Shown piece after piece: positions 45,371-60,842 of a stretch of DNA of 64,000 nucleotides; position 1 is the stretch's first letter; each line of letters opens with the position of its first letter. The stretch lies in assembly GCF_000026545.1 (NCBI RefSeq), contig NC_011601.1. One strand, written 5' to 3'. A program made the position numbers and the translations under genes. The notes below the pieces were generated by a model. That model was given only the letters and a program-made list of their open reading frames with translations. It made no database searches and had not been told where the DNA came from. The DNA is from Escherichia coli O127:H6 str. E2348/69 (GTDB lineage: Bacteria > Pseudomonadota > Gammaproteobacteria > Enterobacterales > Enterobacteriaceae).

Positions 45371-46834
45371 ATGTTCAGGCAGTTGAAAAAAAACCTGGTT
45401 GCAACCCTCATTGCTGCTATGACCATTGGTCAGGTAGCCCCGGCGTTTGCCGACAGCGCAGACACCTTGCCGGATATGGGAACCTCCGCAGGAAGCACAC
45501 TTTCCATTGGTCAGGAAATGCAGATGGGCGACTATTATGTCCGCCAGTTACGCGGCAGCGCGCCGTTAATTAATGATCCGCTGTTAACGCAATACATTAA
45601 TTTGCTAGGAATGCGTCTGGTTTCGCATGCCAATTCGGTTAAGACACCGTTTCATTTCTTTCTGATCAACAACGATGAAATTAACGCCTTTGCTTTCTTT
45701 GGCGGCAACGTGGTGCTGCACTCTGCCCTGTTCCGTTATTCCGATAACGAAAGTCAACTGGCTTCAGTTATGGCGCACGAAATCTCCCACGTCACCCAAC
45801 GTCACCTGGCGCGAGCGATGGAAGATCAGCAGCGCAGCGCGCCGCTGACCTGGGTCGGCGCGTTAGGTTCTATTTTACTGGCGATGGCCAGTCCGCAGGC
45901 GGGGATGGCGGCGCTGACCGGTACACTGGCGGGAACGCGCCAGGGGATGATCAGTTTCACCCAGCAAAATGAACAGGAAGCGGACCGCATTGGTATTCAG
46001 GTGCTGCAACGCTCGGGATTCGATCCGCAGGCGATGCCGACCTTCCTCGAAAAATTACTCGATCAGGCGCGTTACTCTTCGCGCCCACCAGAAATTCTGC
46101 TCACTCACCCACTACCGGAAAGCCGTCTGGCTGATGCCCGTAACCGTGCCAATCAGATGCGCCCGATAGTGGTGCAATCGTCAGAAGATTTCTATCTGGC
46201 AAAAGTGCGCACACTGGGGATGTACAATTCAGGGCGTAACCAACTCACCAGTGATTTGCTGGATGAATGGGCGAAAGGAAACGTTCGTCAGCAACGAGCG
46301 GCGCAATATGGTCGTGCTTTACAGGCGATGGAAGCCAATAAATACGACGAGGCACGTAAAACGCTGCAACCGTTACTGGTGGCAGAACCTGGCAACGCAT
46401 GGTATCTCGATCTGGCTACCGATATTGATCTTGGGCAAAACAAAGCCAATGACGCTATCAATCGCCTGAAAAATGCCCGCGATTTGCGCACCAATCCGGT
46501 GTTGCAGCTCAACCTGGCGAACGCTTATCTGCAAGGGGGGCAACCACAGGAAGCGGCCAATATTCTGAATCGCTACACTTTTAACAATAAAGATGACAGC
46601 AACGGCTGGGATTTACTGGCACAGGCGGAAGCCGCACTAAATAACCGCGATCAGGAACTGGCTGCGCGAGCAGAAGGTTATGCGCTCGCCGGGCGACTCG
46701 ATCAGGCTATTTCCTTGTTGAGTAGCGCCAGTTCGCAGGTGAAATTAGGCAGCCTGCAACAAGCGCGTTACGATGCGCGCATCGACCAGTTGCGCCAGCT
46801 GCAGGAACGCTTTAAGCCTTATACCAAGATGTAA
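45371..46834 (+). CDS. bepA: periplasmic beta-barrel assembly-enhancing protease BepA (M48 peptidase with TPR)
   Basis: 487-aa ORF with signal peptide and HEISH zinc motif. Confidence 0.93.
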   Translation: MFRQLKKNLVATLIAAMTIGQVAPAFADSADTLPDMGTSAGSTLSIGQEMQMGDYYVRQLRGSAPLINDPLLTQYINLLGMRLVSHANSVKTPFHFFLINNDEINAFAFFGGNVVLHSALFRYSDNESQLASVMAHEISHVTQRHLARAMEDQQRSAPLTWVGALGSILLAMASPQAGMAALTGTLAGTRQGMISFTQQNEQEADRIGIQVLQRSGFDPQAMPTFLEKLLDQARYSSRPPEILLTHPLPESRLADARNRANQMRPIVVQSSEDFYLAKVRTLGMYNSGRNQLTSDLLDEWAKGNVRQQRAAQYGRALQAMEANKYDEARKTLQPLLVAEPGNAWYLDLATDIDLGQNKANDAINRLKNARDLRTNPVLQLNLANAYLQGGQPQEAANILNRYTFNNKDDSNGWDLLAQAEAALNNRDQELAARAEGYALAGRLDQAISLLSSASSQVKLGSLQQARYDARIDQLRQLQERFKPYTKM

Positions 46835-46854
46835 TTCGCATTAAAGGAAGAACA

Positions 46855-47214
46855 ATGACCAAACAGGTAAAAATCTACCATAACCCACGCTGTTCAAAGA
46901 GCCGGGAAACGCTGAACCTGCTGAAAGAAAACGGCGTGGAGCCAGAAGTGGTGCTCTACCTTGAGACACCCGCCGATGCGGCAACGCTGCGCGATTTGCT
47001 GAAAATGCTGGGGATGAATAGCGCTCGTGAATTGATGCGCCAAAAAGAGGATCTTTATAAAGAACTGAACCTGGCTGACAGTTCGCTTAGCGAAGAGGTG
47101 CTGATTCAGGCGATGGTAGAGAATCCGAAGCTAATGGAACGCCCGATTGTGGTCGCGAATGGCAAAGCGCGGATTGGTCGTCCACCGGAGCAGGTACTGG
47201 AAATCGTGGGTTAA
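46855..47214 (+). CDS. yfgD: ArsC-family reductase YfgD
   Basis: 119-aa ORF with the CxxS-type N-terminal motif (PRCSKS). Confidence 0.88.
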   Translation: MTKQVKIYHNPRCSKSRETLNLLKENGVEPEVVLYLETPADAATLRDLLKMLGMNSARELMRQKEDLYKELNLADSSLSEEVLIQAMVENPKLMERPIVVANGKARIGRPPEQVLEIVG

Positions 47215-47243
47215 GATGTGCTCCATCGCTAGTTGAAGCACAT

Positions 47244-47338
47244 TGCCGGATGCGACGCTTGCCGCGTCTTATCCGGCCTACGAATACTATGGATTAACTT
47301 CGCGTAGGTCGGATAAGGCGTTCGCGCCGCATCCGACA
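47244..47338. repeat. REP pair (BIME) between yfgD and hda
   Basis: tgccggatgcgacgcttgccgcgtcttatccggcctac and the inverted copy gtaggtcggataaggcgttcgcgccgcatccgaca. Confidence 0.85.
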
Positions 47339-47351
47339 ATAAACACCTTAT

Positions 47352-48098
47352 CTACAACTTCAGAATTTCTTTCACAAACGGAATGGTCAGCTTGCGTTGC
47401 GCGGTAATCGACGCACGATCCAGCTGATCCAGCGTCATAAACAACGTGCGCATTTCTCTGTCGAGCCGCTTCAGCAAGAAACGCCCCACATCTTCCGGCA
47501 GTTCAAAACCACGCAAACGCGCGCGTAACTGTAGCGCCTGCAACTTATCTTCATCAGAAAGTGGCTGCAATTTGTAGATCTGCCCCCAGTCGAGACGCGA
47601 CGCGAGATCCGGTAATCCAAGATTCAACTGCCGCGGTGGACGATCGCCGGTGATCAACAACCGTGTTTTGCCCGATTCCAGAATTCGATTGTAAAGATCG
47701 AAAATCGCCATCTCCCACAACTCATCGCCGGCAATACACTCAATGTTGTCAATACAGACCAGCGACAAATGCTCCATACCGTCGAGCACTTCCGGAACAA
47801 ACCAGGTGCGTTTATCCAGCGGGACATAGCCCACCGCATCGCCACGCTGTGACAATTCCGCGCAAGCCGCGTGCAGCAGATGGCTGCGCCCCGCGCCTTC
47901 GCGTGCCCAGAGATAGATGTAACCGCTATGTTCCTGACGCAGCACGTTTTGCAGCGCGGCCAGTAAAGAGGAGTTATCCCCCGGCCAGAAACTTGCAAAG
48001 GTTTCGTCGTCAGGAAGATAAAGTGGCAAAGAGAGCTGTGCCGGTGTGTTCAGAGATACCTCAACCAGGATTTCACAAAATCGCGAGAAGTTTACCAC
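47352..48098 (-). CDS. hda: DnaA regulatory inactivator Hda
   Basis: AAA+ ORF recognised as Hda; track start is an upstream GTG, while K-12 Hda is reported to initiate at an internal CUG near 48053 (protein from ...[13 protein letters not shown]). Confidence 0.88.
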
Positions 48099-48147
48099 AG
48101 AATCCCATGATGTTTGAACCGGGCAGCAACACTGCCCGGTCGGTACA

Positions 48148-49437
48148 TTATTTGTCTGTTATATCCGCGTCTTCTGCGTCCAGCACCACTTCTTCAGGGC
48201 GCAGCATACTAATCAGTTTGAAGATCAAACTTAAGCCGATACCGACGATGGTCGCCAGCGCCATACCTTTCAGCTCCGCCGCGCCAATGTTTACCTTCGC
48301 GCCACTGACGCCGATGATCAAAATAACGGAAGTCAGGATCAGGTTCTGTGCTTTGTTGTAATCCACTTTCGATTCGATCAACACACGAATACCGGAAGCA
48401 CCGATGACACCGTAAAGCAGCAGCGAAACGCCGCCCATCACCGGCAATGGAATCATCTGGATAGCAGCAGCCAGTTTACCGACGCAGGAAAGCAGGATAG
48501 CGAAAATCGCCGCACCGCCGATAACCCAGGTACTGTAAACACGGGTGATCGCCATCACGCCAATGTTTTCCCCGTAGGTGGTGTTTGGTGTGGAACCAAA
48601 GAAACCGGAGATCACGGTCGACAAGCCGTTAGCAAACATCGAACGGTGCAGACCTGGATCGCGCAGCAGATCTTTTTTGACGATATTAGCCGTTACCACC
48701 AGGTGCCCTACGTGTTCGGCAATAACCACTAACGCCGCTGGCAGAATAGTCAGAATGGCAAACCACTCGAAGCGCGGCGTATAGAGGGTTGGCAGCGCAA
48801 ACCAGTGAGCATTAATAATCGGCGTGGTATCGACAATTCCCATTGCGAAAGAGAGCGCGTAGCCCACCAGCACGCCAATTAAAATCGGGATAATTGCCAG
48901 GAAACCACGAAACAGCACGGAACCTAAAACCGTAACCGCCAGCGTGGTAATGGAGATGATGATGGTTTTGGAGTCTGGAGTTTGCCCTTCAGCCGGGAGT
49001 AAACCTGCCATACCGGCAGCTACGCCCGCCAGCTCCAGACCGATGACGGCAACGATTGCGCCCATTGCCGCAGGTGGAAACAGCACGTCCAGCCAGCCGG
49101 TCCCCGCTTTCTTCACGATAAAAGAAACCAGGCAGAACAGCACGCCGCACATAATAAAGCCGCCCAGCGCGACTTCATACCCCAACGGCAACAGTAACAA
49201 TACCGGTGAAATAAAGGCAAAGCTGGAACCAAGATAAGCCGGAATTTTCCCTTTACAGATGAAGAGATACAGCAGTGTTCCTATACCGTTAAATAACAGT
49301 ACAGTCGCCGGGTTAATATGAAATAAGACGGGCACCAGGACGGTTGCACCAAACATGGCGAACAAATGTTGCAAACTAAGCGGGATTGTCTGTAAAAGTG
49401 GCGGTCTTTCACTCACCCCGATAGCACGGCGCGTCAT
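48148..49437 (-). CDS. uraA: uracil:H+ symporter UraA
   Basis: Start placed at the internal Met ([16 protein letters not shown]...) giving 429 aa; the ORF track extends to 49479. Confidence 0.92.
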   Translation of the reverse strand: MTRRAIGVSERPPLLQTIPLSLQHLFAMFGATVLVPVLFHINPATVLLFNGIGTLLYLFICKGKIPAYLGSSFAFISPVLLLLPLGYEVALGGFIMCGVLFCLVSFIVKKAGTGWLDVLFPPAAMGAIVAVIGLELAGVAAGMAGLLPAEGQTPDSKTIIISITTLAVTVLGSVLFRGFLAIIPILIGVLVGYALSFAMGIVDTTPIINAHWFALPTLYTPRFEWFAILTILPAALVVIAEHVGHLVVTANIVKKDLLRDPGLHRSMFANGLSTVISGFFGSTPNTTYGENIGVMAITRVYSTWVIGGAAIFAILLSCVGKLAAAIQMIPLPVMGGVSLLLYGVIGASGIRVLIESKVDYNKAQNLILTSVILIIGVSGAKVNIGAAELKGMALATIVGIGLSLIFKLISMLRPEEVVLDAEDADITDK

Positions 49438-49476
49438 AGTATTATCCTCTGTATTATGTGTTATAGGCGCTTTACT

Positions 49477-49506
49477 CAAAAAAAAGCCGACTCTTAAAGT
49501 CGGCTT
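49477..49506 (-). terminator. intercistronic hairpin plus U-tract between upp and uraA (partial terminator)
   Basis: On the minus strand, aagccgactttaagagtcggctt followed by TTTTTTTT. Confidence 0.6.
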
Positions 49507-49522
49507 TAATTATTTTTATTCT

Positions 49523-50149
49523 TTATTTCGTACCAAAGATTTTGTCACCGGCATCGCCGAGGCCCGGAATAATGTATCCGTGCTCGTTCAGTCCCTGGTC
49601 AATCGATGCAGTATACAGTTCGACGTCCGGGTGCGCTTTTTCCAGCGCAGCGATACCTTCTGGTGCAGCTACCAGCACCAGAACTTTGATGCTGCTGCAG
49701 CCCGCTTTTTTCAGCAGGTCGATGGTCGCGATAACGGAACCACCGGTTGCCAGCATTGGGTCAACGATCAGCGCCATACGCTCATCGATGTTAGAAACCA
49801 GTTTCTGGAAGTACGGTACCGGCTCCAGCGTTTCTTCATTACGGTACATACCGACGACACTGATGCGCGCACTCGGAACGTTTTCCAGCACACCGTCCAT
49901 CATCCCAAGACCCGCACGCAGAATTGGCACAACGGTAATTTTCTTACCTTTGATCTGGTCGATTTCTACCGGGCCGTTCCAGCCTTCGATAGTGACTTTT
50001 TCCGTTTCGAGGTCGGCGGTCGCTTCGTAAGTCAGCAGGCTACCCACTTCGGAAGCGAGTTCGCGAAAGCGCTTGGTGCTGATATCTTGCTCACGCATCA
50101 GTCCCAGCTTGTGTTTGACGAGTGGGTGTTTGACTTCCACGATCTTCAT
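49523..50149 (-). CDS. upp: uracil phosphoribosyltransferase Upp
   Basis: Start placed at the internal Met ([15 protein letters not shown]...) preceded by AAGGAGAAAGAG, giving 208 aa. Confidence 0.95.
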
Positions 50150-50176
50150 ACTCTTTCTCCTTTGAGGGGCAGCCAC

Positions 50177-50184
50177 AAAAAAAA
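50177..50184 (-). promoter_or_regulatory. upp initially transcribed T8 tract (UTP-sensitive reiterative transcription)
   Basis: Minus-strand leader reads ATCGATTTTTTTTGTGGCTGCCCCTCAAAGGAGAAAGAGTATG, matching the recalled upp leader. Confidence 0.7.
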
Positions 50185-50394
50185 TCGATGGATTATACCT
50201 CCTTTCTTCAAGGCGGCAATATTATTTTCGTTGACTTTAGTCAAAATGATAACGGTTTGAGATAAAGTTATTTTATATTCAAATGGTTATGGAAGAAGAT
50301 TATTCCATCCGAAAACGATCCTTTGCCCTGGTACAAGTATTCTTTCGCCGCGCGCCTGGGGAAAAGACGTGCAAAAAGGTTGTGTAAAGCAGTC

Positions 50395-50410
50395 TCGCAA
50401 ACGTTTGCTT
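50395..50410. promoter_or_regulatory. PurR operator (PUR box) of purMN
   Basis: tcgcaaacgtttgctt, close match to the PUR box consensus, ~65 bp upstream of purM. Confidence 0.75.
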
Positions 50411-50455
50411 TCCCTGTTAGAATTGCGCCGAATTTTATTTTTCTACCGCAAGTAA

Positions 50456-51510
<1,055 letters not shown>

Positions 51511-51511
<1 letters not shown>

Positions 51512-52149
51512 TGAATATTGTGGTGCTTATTTCCGGCAACGGAAGTAATTTGCAGGCAATTATTGACGCCTGCAAAACCAACAAAATTAAAGGCACCGTA
51601 CGGGCAGTTTTCAGCAATAAGGCCGACGCGTTCGGCCTTGAACGAGCCCGCCAGGCGGGTATTGCAACGCATACGCTCATCACCAGCGCGTTTGACAGTC
51701 GTGAAGCCTATGACCGGGAGTTGATTCATGAAATCGACATGTACGCACCCGATGTGGTCGTGCTGGCTGGTTTTATGCGCATTCTCAGCCCGGCGTTTGT
51801 CTCCCACTATGCCGGGCGTTTGCTGAACATTCACCCTTCTCTGCTGCCGAAATATCCCGGATTACACACCCATCGTCAGGCGCTGGAAAATGGCGATGAG
51901 GAGCACGGTACATCGGTGCATTTCGTCACCGATGAACTGGACGGTGGCCCGGTTATTTTACAGGCGAAAGTCCCGGTATTTGCTGGTGATACGGAAGATG
52001 ACATCACCGCCCGCGTGCAAACCCAGGAACACGCTATTTATCCACTGGTGATTAGCTGGTTTGCCGATGGTCGTCTGAAAATGCACGAAAACGCCGCGTG
52101 GCTGGATGGTCAACGTCTGCCGCCGCAGGTCTACGCTGCCGACGAGTAA
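51511..52149 (+). CDS. purN: GAR transformylase PurN
   Basis: 212-aa ORF overlapping the purM stop. Confidence 0.95.
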
Positions 52150-52163
52150 TGCCCCCGTAGTTA

Positions 52164-52192
52164 AAGCGCCAGCTCTGCCGCTGGCGTTTTTC
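52164..52192 (+). terminator. rho-independent terminator after purN
   Basis: gcgccagc-tctgcc-gctggcgc hairpin followed by TTTTT. Confidence 0.75.
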
Positions 52193-52320
52193 AATTCACC
52201 TGTAAATCGCAAGCTCCAGCAGTTTTTTTCCCCCTTTTCTGGCATAGTTGGACATCTGCCAATATTGCTCGCCATAATATCCAGGCAGTGTCCCGTGAAT
52301 AAAACGGAGTAAAAGTGGTA

Positions 52321-55933
<3,613 letters not shown>

Positions 55934-55971
55934 TGCTTTGCGGGCCGACGAGAAATGTCGGCCCGCATTAT

Positions 55972-58215
55972 TCAGGCACTTTCGCGAATGGGTTCGATTT
56001 CATTCAGCGTATCAATTAACGGTTGCGGCTTACCAATAAGATAACCCTGCATATAATCGATCCCCAAAGAGAGCACCGCCTCGCGGATCTCTTCGTTTTC
56101 AACGTACTCCGCCACTACCCGCATTTTCTTCATTCGCGCCAGGTGGCAAATCGACGCCACTATCTGATAATCCAGACTATTTGACACAATATTGCGGATA
56201 AAACTGCCGTCAATTTTAAGCAGATCGGCATTCACATTTTTAAGCCGCGCATAGCTGGCGTAGCCGGTGTCGAAATCATCAATCGCAATCTGGCAGCCTA
56301 ATTCCTGAAGATGCTGCAAGGTGATTTGCGCCTGCTTAACATTGGTCAGAGCATTACTTTCGGTGACTTCAAAAATAAGTTGCCACGCTTCAATCTGATA
56401 TTTAGCCAGCAGCTGACTGACTTCAACAGGAAAACGAGCCTGACATACCGAGGTTGGAGACAGATTAATAGCAAAACGGTGAGCGGGCATCTTCGCTCTG
56501 TTTTCAGCCATAAATTGCAGCGTATGCTCAAGGACCCACATGTCGATACTCGACGATAAACCAAATTCGTGCGCGACCGGTAAGAAGCTATCGGGGCTGA
56601 TCAGCTCATCATTCTCACCCTTCATGCGCAGAAGAATTTCATGGTAAACATCACCACGCATACCGGTAATCGGCTGGGCCATCAGGAAAAAATGGTTGTG
56701 TTCCAGCGCCTGCTGTAGTCGATTCATCATCACGACTTTATCTTTCAATTCGCGTTGCAAATACATTGCTCCGCGACGCTGCATATTTTCCGGGGTGTTG
56801 GTCACGATGGAAAGTTCGGCCACCGTATTTAGCTCTCCCAGCAGCAGGTAGATATGATTCACCGGCGAGCGCACATAGCAGTAACTGACGCCAATCTGCG
56901 GTTGCATCGGCATTCCATCCCAAAAGAAACGAAATTGCTTGAGATGGCTATCCAGTGCGGTAATGCGCTCCTGGTGCGATTCTGTATTCAGCCGCAGCGC
57001 GAGATCGTTACCCGAAAGCTGATAAACATCTTCACCCGGTTCCAGCAAGGGTGACAGCCAGTGAGAAAGTTTTTGCTTATATTGAATCCGCAGCATGATG
57101 CCATAATTCTTAACCAGCATTTCCATGCCAGGGATGCGTAAATAACAAAGCGCAGACCAGGGGGCATCACGTAACGCGCGATTCAGGGCGCGAACATTTG
57201 GCAGATGAACCACCGGGTCCACATACGCAAGCCGCTGAATGCGTCTGACTACCGCTCGCTGACGGGTTGCCAGTACAGCCATATAATTGACAATAAAAGA
57301 GAATACCAGATAACTGGAGGAGGTTATGGTCAGCTGCGTGGTATAGCCAGGATAAATGGGAATGTAATTTTGATAGCTGTGGATGCTGATCATCAACACG
57401 ACCGCCCAGAGCAATGAAATCAGCTTATAACCATAGCGCATCGCTCCCCACATCATCAGGGGCAGCAATAATGACAAGGTGTAATTGGTGCTAAAAATCG
57501 TGCTTTTTTCATTTAACGGCATGCATAACAGCAACAATAAAGCACCTAATGCCAGTAGCCAGATTGCGAACTCTTTTTGGGTAACTTTGGCATCAACCTG
57601 CTGTTTTAATTGCGAATAATAGCTACGTAAATAAAACGGATTTCGCACCACCCGAATGATGAAGTAGCACAGCGGGACACCAATCAGATTACCCACCAGC
57701 AAGGCCTGATAATTGATTAAGGTCCCGAGGTTAAAGGGCATGACGCCGACCAGATTTTCTCTGCTCGCCAGTAATCCAACAAACGCAGCAAACTGGAAAA
57801 GTATCAGAAACAGCGTTGCAGGAAACACAATCTGCCAGAATAGTCGCTGGGAAATTAAACGGCTATCACCATGTGAAACGTTGTTACGCCGGGGAGTAAA
57901 AACCCTGTAACCGCCCCAACAGAGAATGATAATGATAATAAAATTAGCCGTTAATGAGAGCGTTTCGTAAAAACCCAGCTCTGCATATTTGCGGACAAAA
58001 ATCCCTAAGGCGATCCCTGGCAATGCCGCCCAGTTGAAAAACATCATCATGCTGATCATCAGTGCCAGTGGCAGATAAAAGAGAAAAACTTCACCGGAAG
58101 AAATATGAGCGAAAGTATTAATGTGGGCGAAAATGGGCAAGATTAAAGAAGGCAGGAACAGCGGAAGCCCCCACCATTTATCACGTATTTTTATATAAGT
58201 TGCATTCAGTTTCAT
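55972..58215 (-). CDS. pdeF: cyclic-di-GMP phosphodiesterase PdeF (YfgF; membrane domain plus degenerate GGDEF and EAL)
   Basis: 747-aa ORF with N-terminal polytopic region and C-terminal EAL-type domain. Confidence 0.9.
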   Translation of the reverse strand: MKLNATYIKIRDKWWGLPLFLPSLILPIFAHINTFAHISSGEVFLFYLPLALMISMMMFFNWAALPGIALGIFVRKYAELGFYETLSLTANFIIIIILCWGGYRVFTPRRNNVSHGDSRLISQRLFWQIVFPATLFLILFQFAAFVGLLASRENLVGVMPFNLGTLINYQALLVGNLIGVPLCYFIIRVVRNPFYLRSYYSQLKQQVDAKVTQKEFAIWLLALGALLLLLCMPLNEKSTIFSTNYTLSLLLPLMMWGAMRYGYKLISLLWAVVLMISIHSYQNYIPIYPGYTTQLTITSSSYLVFSFIVNYMAVLATRQRAVVRRIQRLAYVDPVVHLPNVRALNRALRDAPWSALCYLRIPGMEMLVKNYGIMLRIQYKQKLSHWLSPLLEPGEDVYQLSGNDLALRLNTESHQERITALDSHLKQFRFFWDGMPMQPQIGVSYCYVRSPVNHIYLLLGELNTVAELSIVTNTPENMQRRGAMYLQRELKDKVVMMNRLQQALEHNHFFLMAQPITGMRGDVYHEILLRMKGENDELISPDSFLPVAHEFGLSSSIDMWVLEHTLQFMAENRAKMPAHRFAINLSPTSVCQARFPVEVSQLLAKYQIEAWQLIFEVTESNALTNVKQAQITLQHLQELGCQIAIDDFDTGYASYARLKNVNADLLKIDGSFIRNIVSNSLDYQIVASICHLARMKKMRVVAEYVENEEIREAVLSLGIDYMQGYLIGKPQPLIDTLNEIEPIRESA

Positions 58216-58566
58216 AGATGCTCAGCAGAATCCCCCACATCCTGAAGGAGGTGTATTCAGACAGGCATCCCACCTGACTTCGAATGATGATTATTCATCA
58301 CTATAGAGAGCAATGATTCTAAGTGTCATATGAAAGTTCCAATTGATATATATCAAACAAAATAACCCTGATTAATGAATTATTACGTTTATCATGTTAA
58401 CTCATCATTATTACATCATCATTGTAAATAATTAAATTAACTTCCATAACATTAAAATATGTATCAACTGACGCTTTTTTACATAACGAAGAATTGACCA
58501 TTTTGTCCTGTTGTGCCTTAATGTAAGTACCGTCCACGGCGTGGGACATACTTCAAGGAACCTTTT

Positions 58567-58758
58567 GTGAGTCAGGCAACCAGTATGCGAAAACGACACC
58601 GATTTAACAGTCGCATGACCCGTATCGTACTGCTCATCAGCTTTATCTTCTTCTTTGGCCGTTTTATCTACTCGTCCGTCGGTGCCTGGCAGCACCATCA
58701 GAGCAAAAAAGAAGCTCAGCAATCCACACTCTCCGTCGAATCACCGGTACAACGTTAG
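58567..58758 (+). CDS. yfgG: small membrane protein YfgG
   Basis: 63-aa ORF with one TM segment, in the K-12 position between pdeF and yfgH. Confidence 0.75.
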   Translation: MSQATSMRKRHRFNSRMTRIVLLISFIFFFGRFIYSSVGAWQHHQSKKEAQQSTLSVESPVQR

Positions 58759-59068
58759 CGGTTACCTTCTCCACTCTCACAGAACATAACGGCACCTCGC
58801 TGTCGGATGCTTTTGCTCTTTGAGATTATCAAAGCGGCAGATATTCTTTCATCTTAAATTTTACGTCTTTGTTCTGACTGAAGTTCATCCTGTTCGGCTG
58901 CGAAATAAATACATCATTAATACATATGTTGTGATGATGTATTTTTATAAATTATTTCCCACATGAATTTTAATAAATTTAATCTATTCCTTTATACGCA
59001 ATACATTTACTTTCCTCTTTTGATGATCTTAAATGTCTTATTTTTCGTAATGTGTATAACAAGGAATA

Positions 59069-59587
59069 GTGATGAAATTTAAAAAATGTCTTCTGCCTGT
59101 GGCAATGTTAGCGTCATTCACTCTGGCAGGATGCCAGTCAAATGCTGATGATCATGCCGCCGATGTTTATCAAACCGATCAACTGAATACCAAACAAGAA
59201 ACTAAAACCGTTAATATTATTTCCATTCTTCCCGCAAAAGTTGCCGTAGACAACGCCCAAAATAAACGGAACGCACAAGCCTTCGGCGCGCTTATTGGCG
59301 CTGTCGCTGGCGGTGTTATCGGCCACAACGTCGGGTCTGGCAGCAATTCCGGAACGACAGCAGGTGCAGTTGGCGGCGGAGCTGTTGGCGCAGCAGCGGG
59401 TTCTATGGTGAATGATAAAACCTTAGTGGAAGGTGTTTCTTTAACATATAAGGAAGGCACCAAAGTGTATACCTCCACCCAGGTGGGTAAAGAGTGCCAG
59501 TTTACGACAGGTTTAGCCGTTGTTATTACCACGACGTATAACGAAACGCGTATTCAGCCAAATACCAAATGTCCTGAAAAGAGCTAA
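59069..59587 (+). CDS. yfgH: outer-membrane lipoprotein YfgH (glycine-zipper)
   Basis: 172-aa ORF; lipobox LAGC; Gly-rich zipper (GALIGAVAGGVIGHNVGSG). Confidence 0.88.
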   Translation: MMKFKKCLLPVAMLASFTLAGCQSNADDHAADVYQTDQLNTKQETKTVNIISILPAKVAVDNAQNKRNAQAFGALIGAVAGGVIGHNVGSGSNSGTTAGAVGGGAVGAAAGSMVNDKTLVEGVSLTYKEGTKVYTSTQVGKECQFTTGLAVVITTTYNETRIQPNTKCPEKS

Positions 59588-59602
59588 TAATCAGGAGGAG
59601 TC

Positions 59603-60142
59603 ATGAAGAAAGTTTTTCTTTGCGCCATCTTAGCCTCCTTAAGCTATCCGGCTATCGCCTCATCATTGCAGGATCAACTCTCGGCTGTCGCAGAAGCGGA
59701 ACAGCAAGGTAAAAATGAAGAGCAAAGGCAGCATGACGAATGGGTCGCGGAGCGCAACAGGGAAATCCAGCAAGAGAAGCAACGTCGCGCAAACGCCCAG
59801 GCCGCGGCTAATAAAAGAGCGGCAACGGCAGCAGCGAATAAGAAAGCTCGTCAGGATAAACTGGACGCCGAAGCCACTGCGGACAAAAAACGCGATCAAA
59901 GTTATGAAGATGAGCTACGCAGCTTAGAGATTCAGAAACAAAAACTGGCGCTGGCGAAAGAAGAAGCCCGCGTTAAGCGCGAAAACGAATTTATCGATCA
60001 GGAACTGAAGCACAAAGCTGCGCAAACCGATGTGGTGCAATCTGAAGCTGACGCAAACAGGAATATGACTGAAGGCGGTCGCGATCTGATGAAAAGCGTG
60101 GGCAAAGCAGAAGAGAATAAATCAGATAGCTGGTTTAACTAA
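59603..60142 (+). CDS. yfgI: exported coiled-coil protein YfgI
   Basis: 179-aa ORF with signal peptide and highly charged coiled-coil sequence. Confidence 0.88.
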   Translation: MKKVFLCAILASLSYPAIASSLQDQLSAVAEAEQQGKNEEQRQHDEWVAERNREIQQEKQRRANAQAAANKRAATAAANKKARQDKLDAEATADKKRDQSYEDELRSLEIQKQKLALAKEEARVKRENEFIDQELKHKAAQTDVVQSEADANRNMTEGGRDLMKSVGKAEENKSDSWFN

Positions 60143-60180
60143 ACGATGTTAGTAACTTCAAGTCTATAATTCTTTAGGAT

Positions 60181-60213
60181 AAAAAACCCTCTGTAGTAAC
60201 AGAGGGTTTTGTT
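60181..60213. terminator. bidirectional rho-independent terminator at the core/accessory junction
   Basis: AAAAAA-ccctctg-tagtaa-cagaggg-TTTTGTT; sits between convergent yfgI and the spanin gene. Confidence 0.8.
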
Positions 60214-60359
60214 CATTCATAGTGCAGGGTCAAATCATTCCCACTCAATTATTTACTAAACTCATAACTAATTGACTGAAAACAACTTTTAAAACAATGA
60301 AATTTTTCATACCGTTTTATATACCGTCACCGGAAATCAGTACCATGAAAAATGCCATG

Positions 60360-60842
60360 TCACCGGGTCAGCGAATCGTACTGCTTTTCACAGACTCGTC
60401 CGGCTTCTGCGGCCCGGTCAGCGTACTCTGCCAGCTGTCGGTTTCGCTCGAGAGATTTGCTGAGCACGTCGGCAAGCAAAACTCCGGTATCTGCGGCTGA
60501 CGCCCCAGTGCCGACAGTGGAGTTATACTGCCTGAGCTGCTCACGGATGGCAACGAGCTGTTGCTGCAACCTGCCAGCGCGAGCGGCAGCATCAAGAGCA
60601 TCATTGCGCGCCTTGTCGATCCTCTGCTGCGCTTCACGTTCATTGGTAGCTTTCTCCTGTTCATCGTGATTACGGGCTTTATCATCAGCCTGTTTCTGGT
60701 CTTCCTGCGCCTGCGCATACCCGGCATAGTACTGGCGGTCACCGTGGACATTCCAGGCAGCCACGCCGCTGATGACAAGAGCAGCAAGCATCGACACTAT
60801 AAGCAACTGTTTCCAGTACGCTTTGATGAATGCCCAGATCAT
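60360..60842 (-). CDS. phage-type i-spanin (Rz-like)
   Basis: 160 aa; N-terminal TM segment then charged coiled-coil; last gene of the lysis cassette; start overlaps the endolysin stop. Confidence 0.7.
   Translation of the reverse strand: MIWAFIKAYWKQLLIVSMLAALVISGVAAWNVHGDRQYYAGYAQAQEDQKQADDKARNHDEQEKATNEREAQQRIDKARNDALDAAARAGRLQQQLVAIREQLRQYNSTVGTGASAADTGVLLADVLSKSLERNRQLAEYADRAAEAGRVCEKQYDSLTR
60368..60604 (-). CDS. candidate o-spanin (Rz1-like lipoprotein) embedded out of frame in the i-spanin gene
   Basis: Alternate frame encodes [20 protein letters not shown]... with lipobox LAGC and a Pro/Ser-rich body; start codon choice uncertain. Confidence 0.45.
   Translation of the reverse strand: MMLLMLPLALAGCSNSSLPSVSSSGSITPLSALGRQPQIPEFCLPTCSANLSSETDSWQSTLTGPQKPDESVKSSTIR

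Noticed and set aside
49355..50260. 301-aa plus-strand ORF
   Set aside because: Antisense across uraA and upp; no support
60297..60669. Plus-strand ORFs of 67 and 105 aa overlapping the spanin genes
   Set aside because: Antisense to the lysis cassette; no RBS
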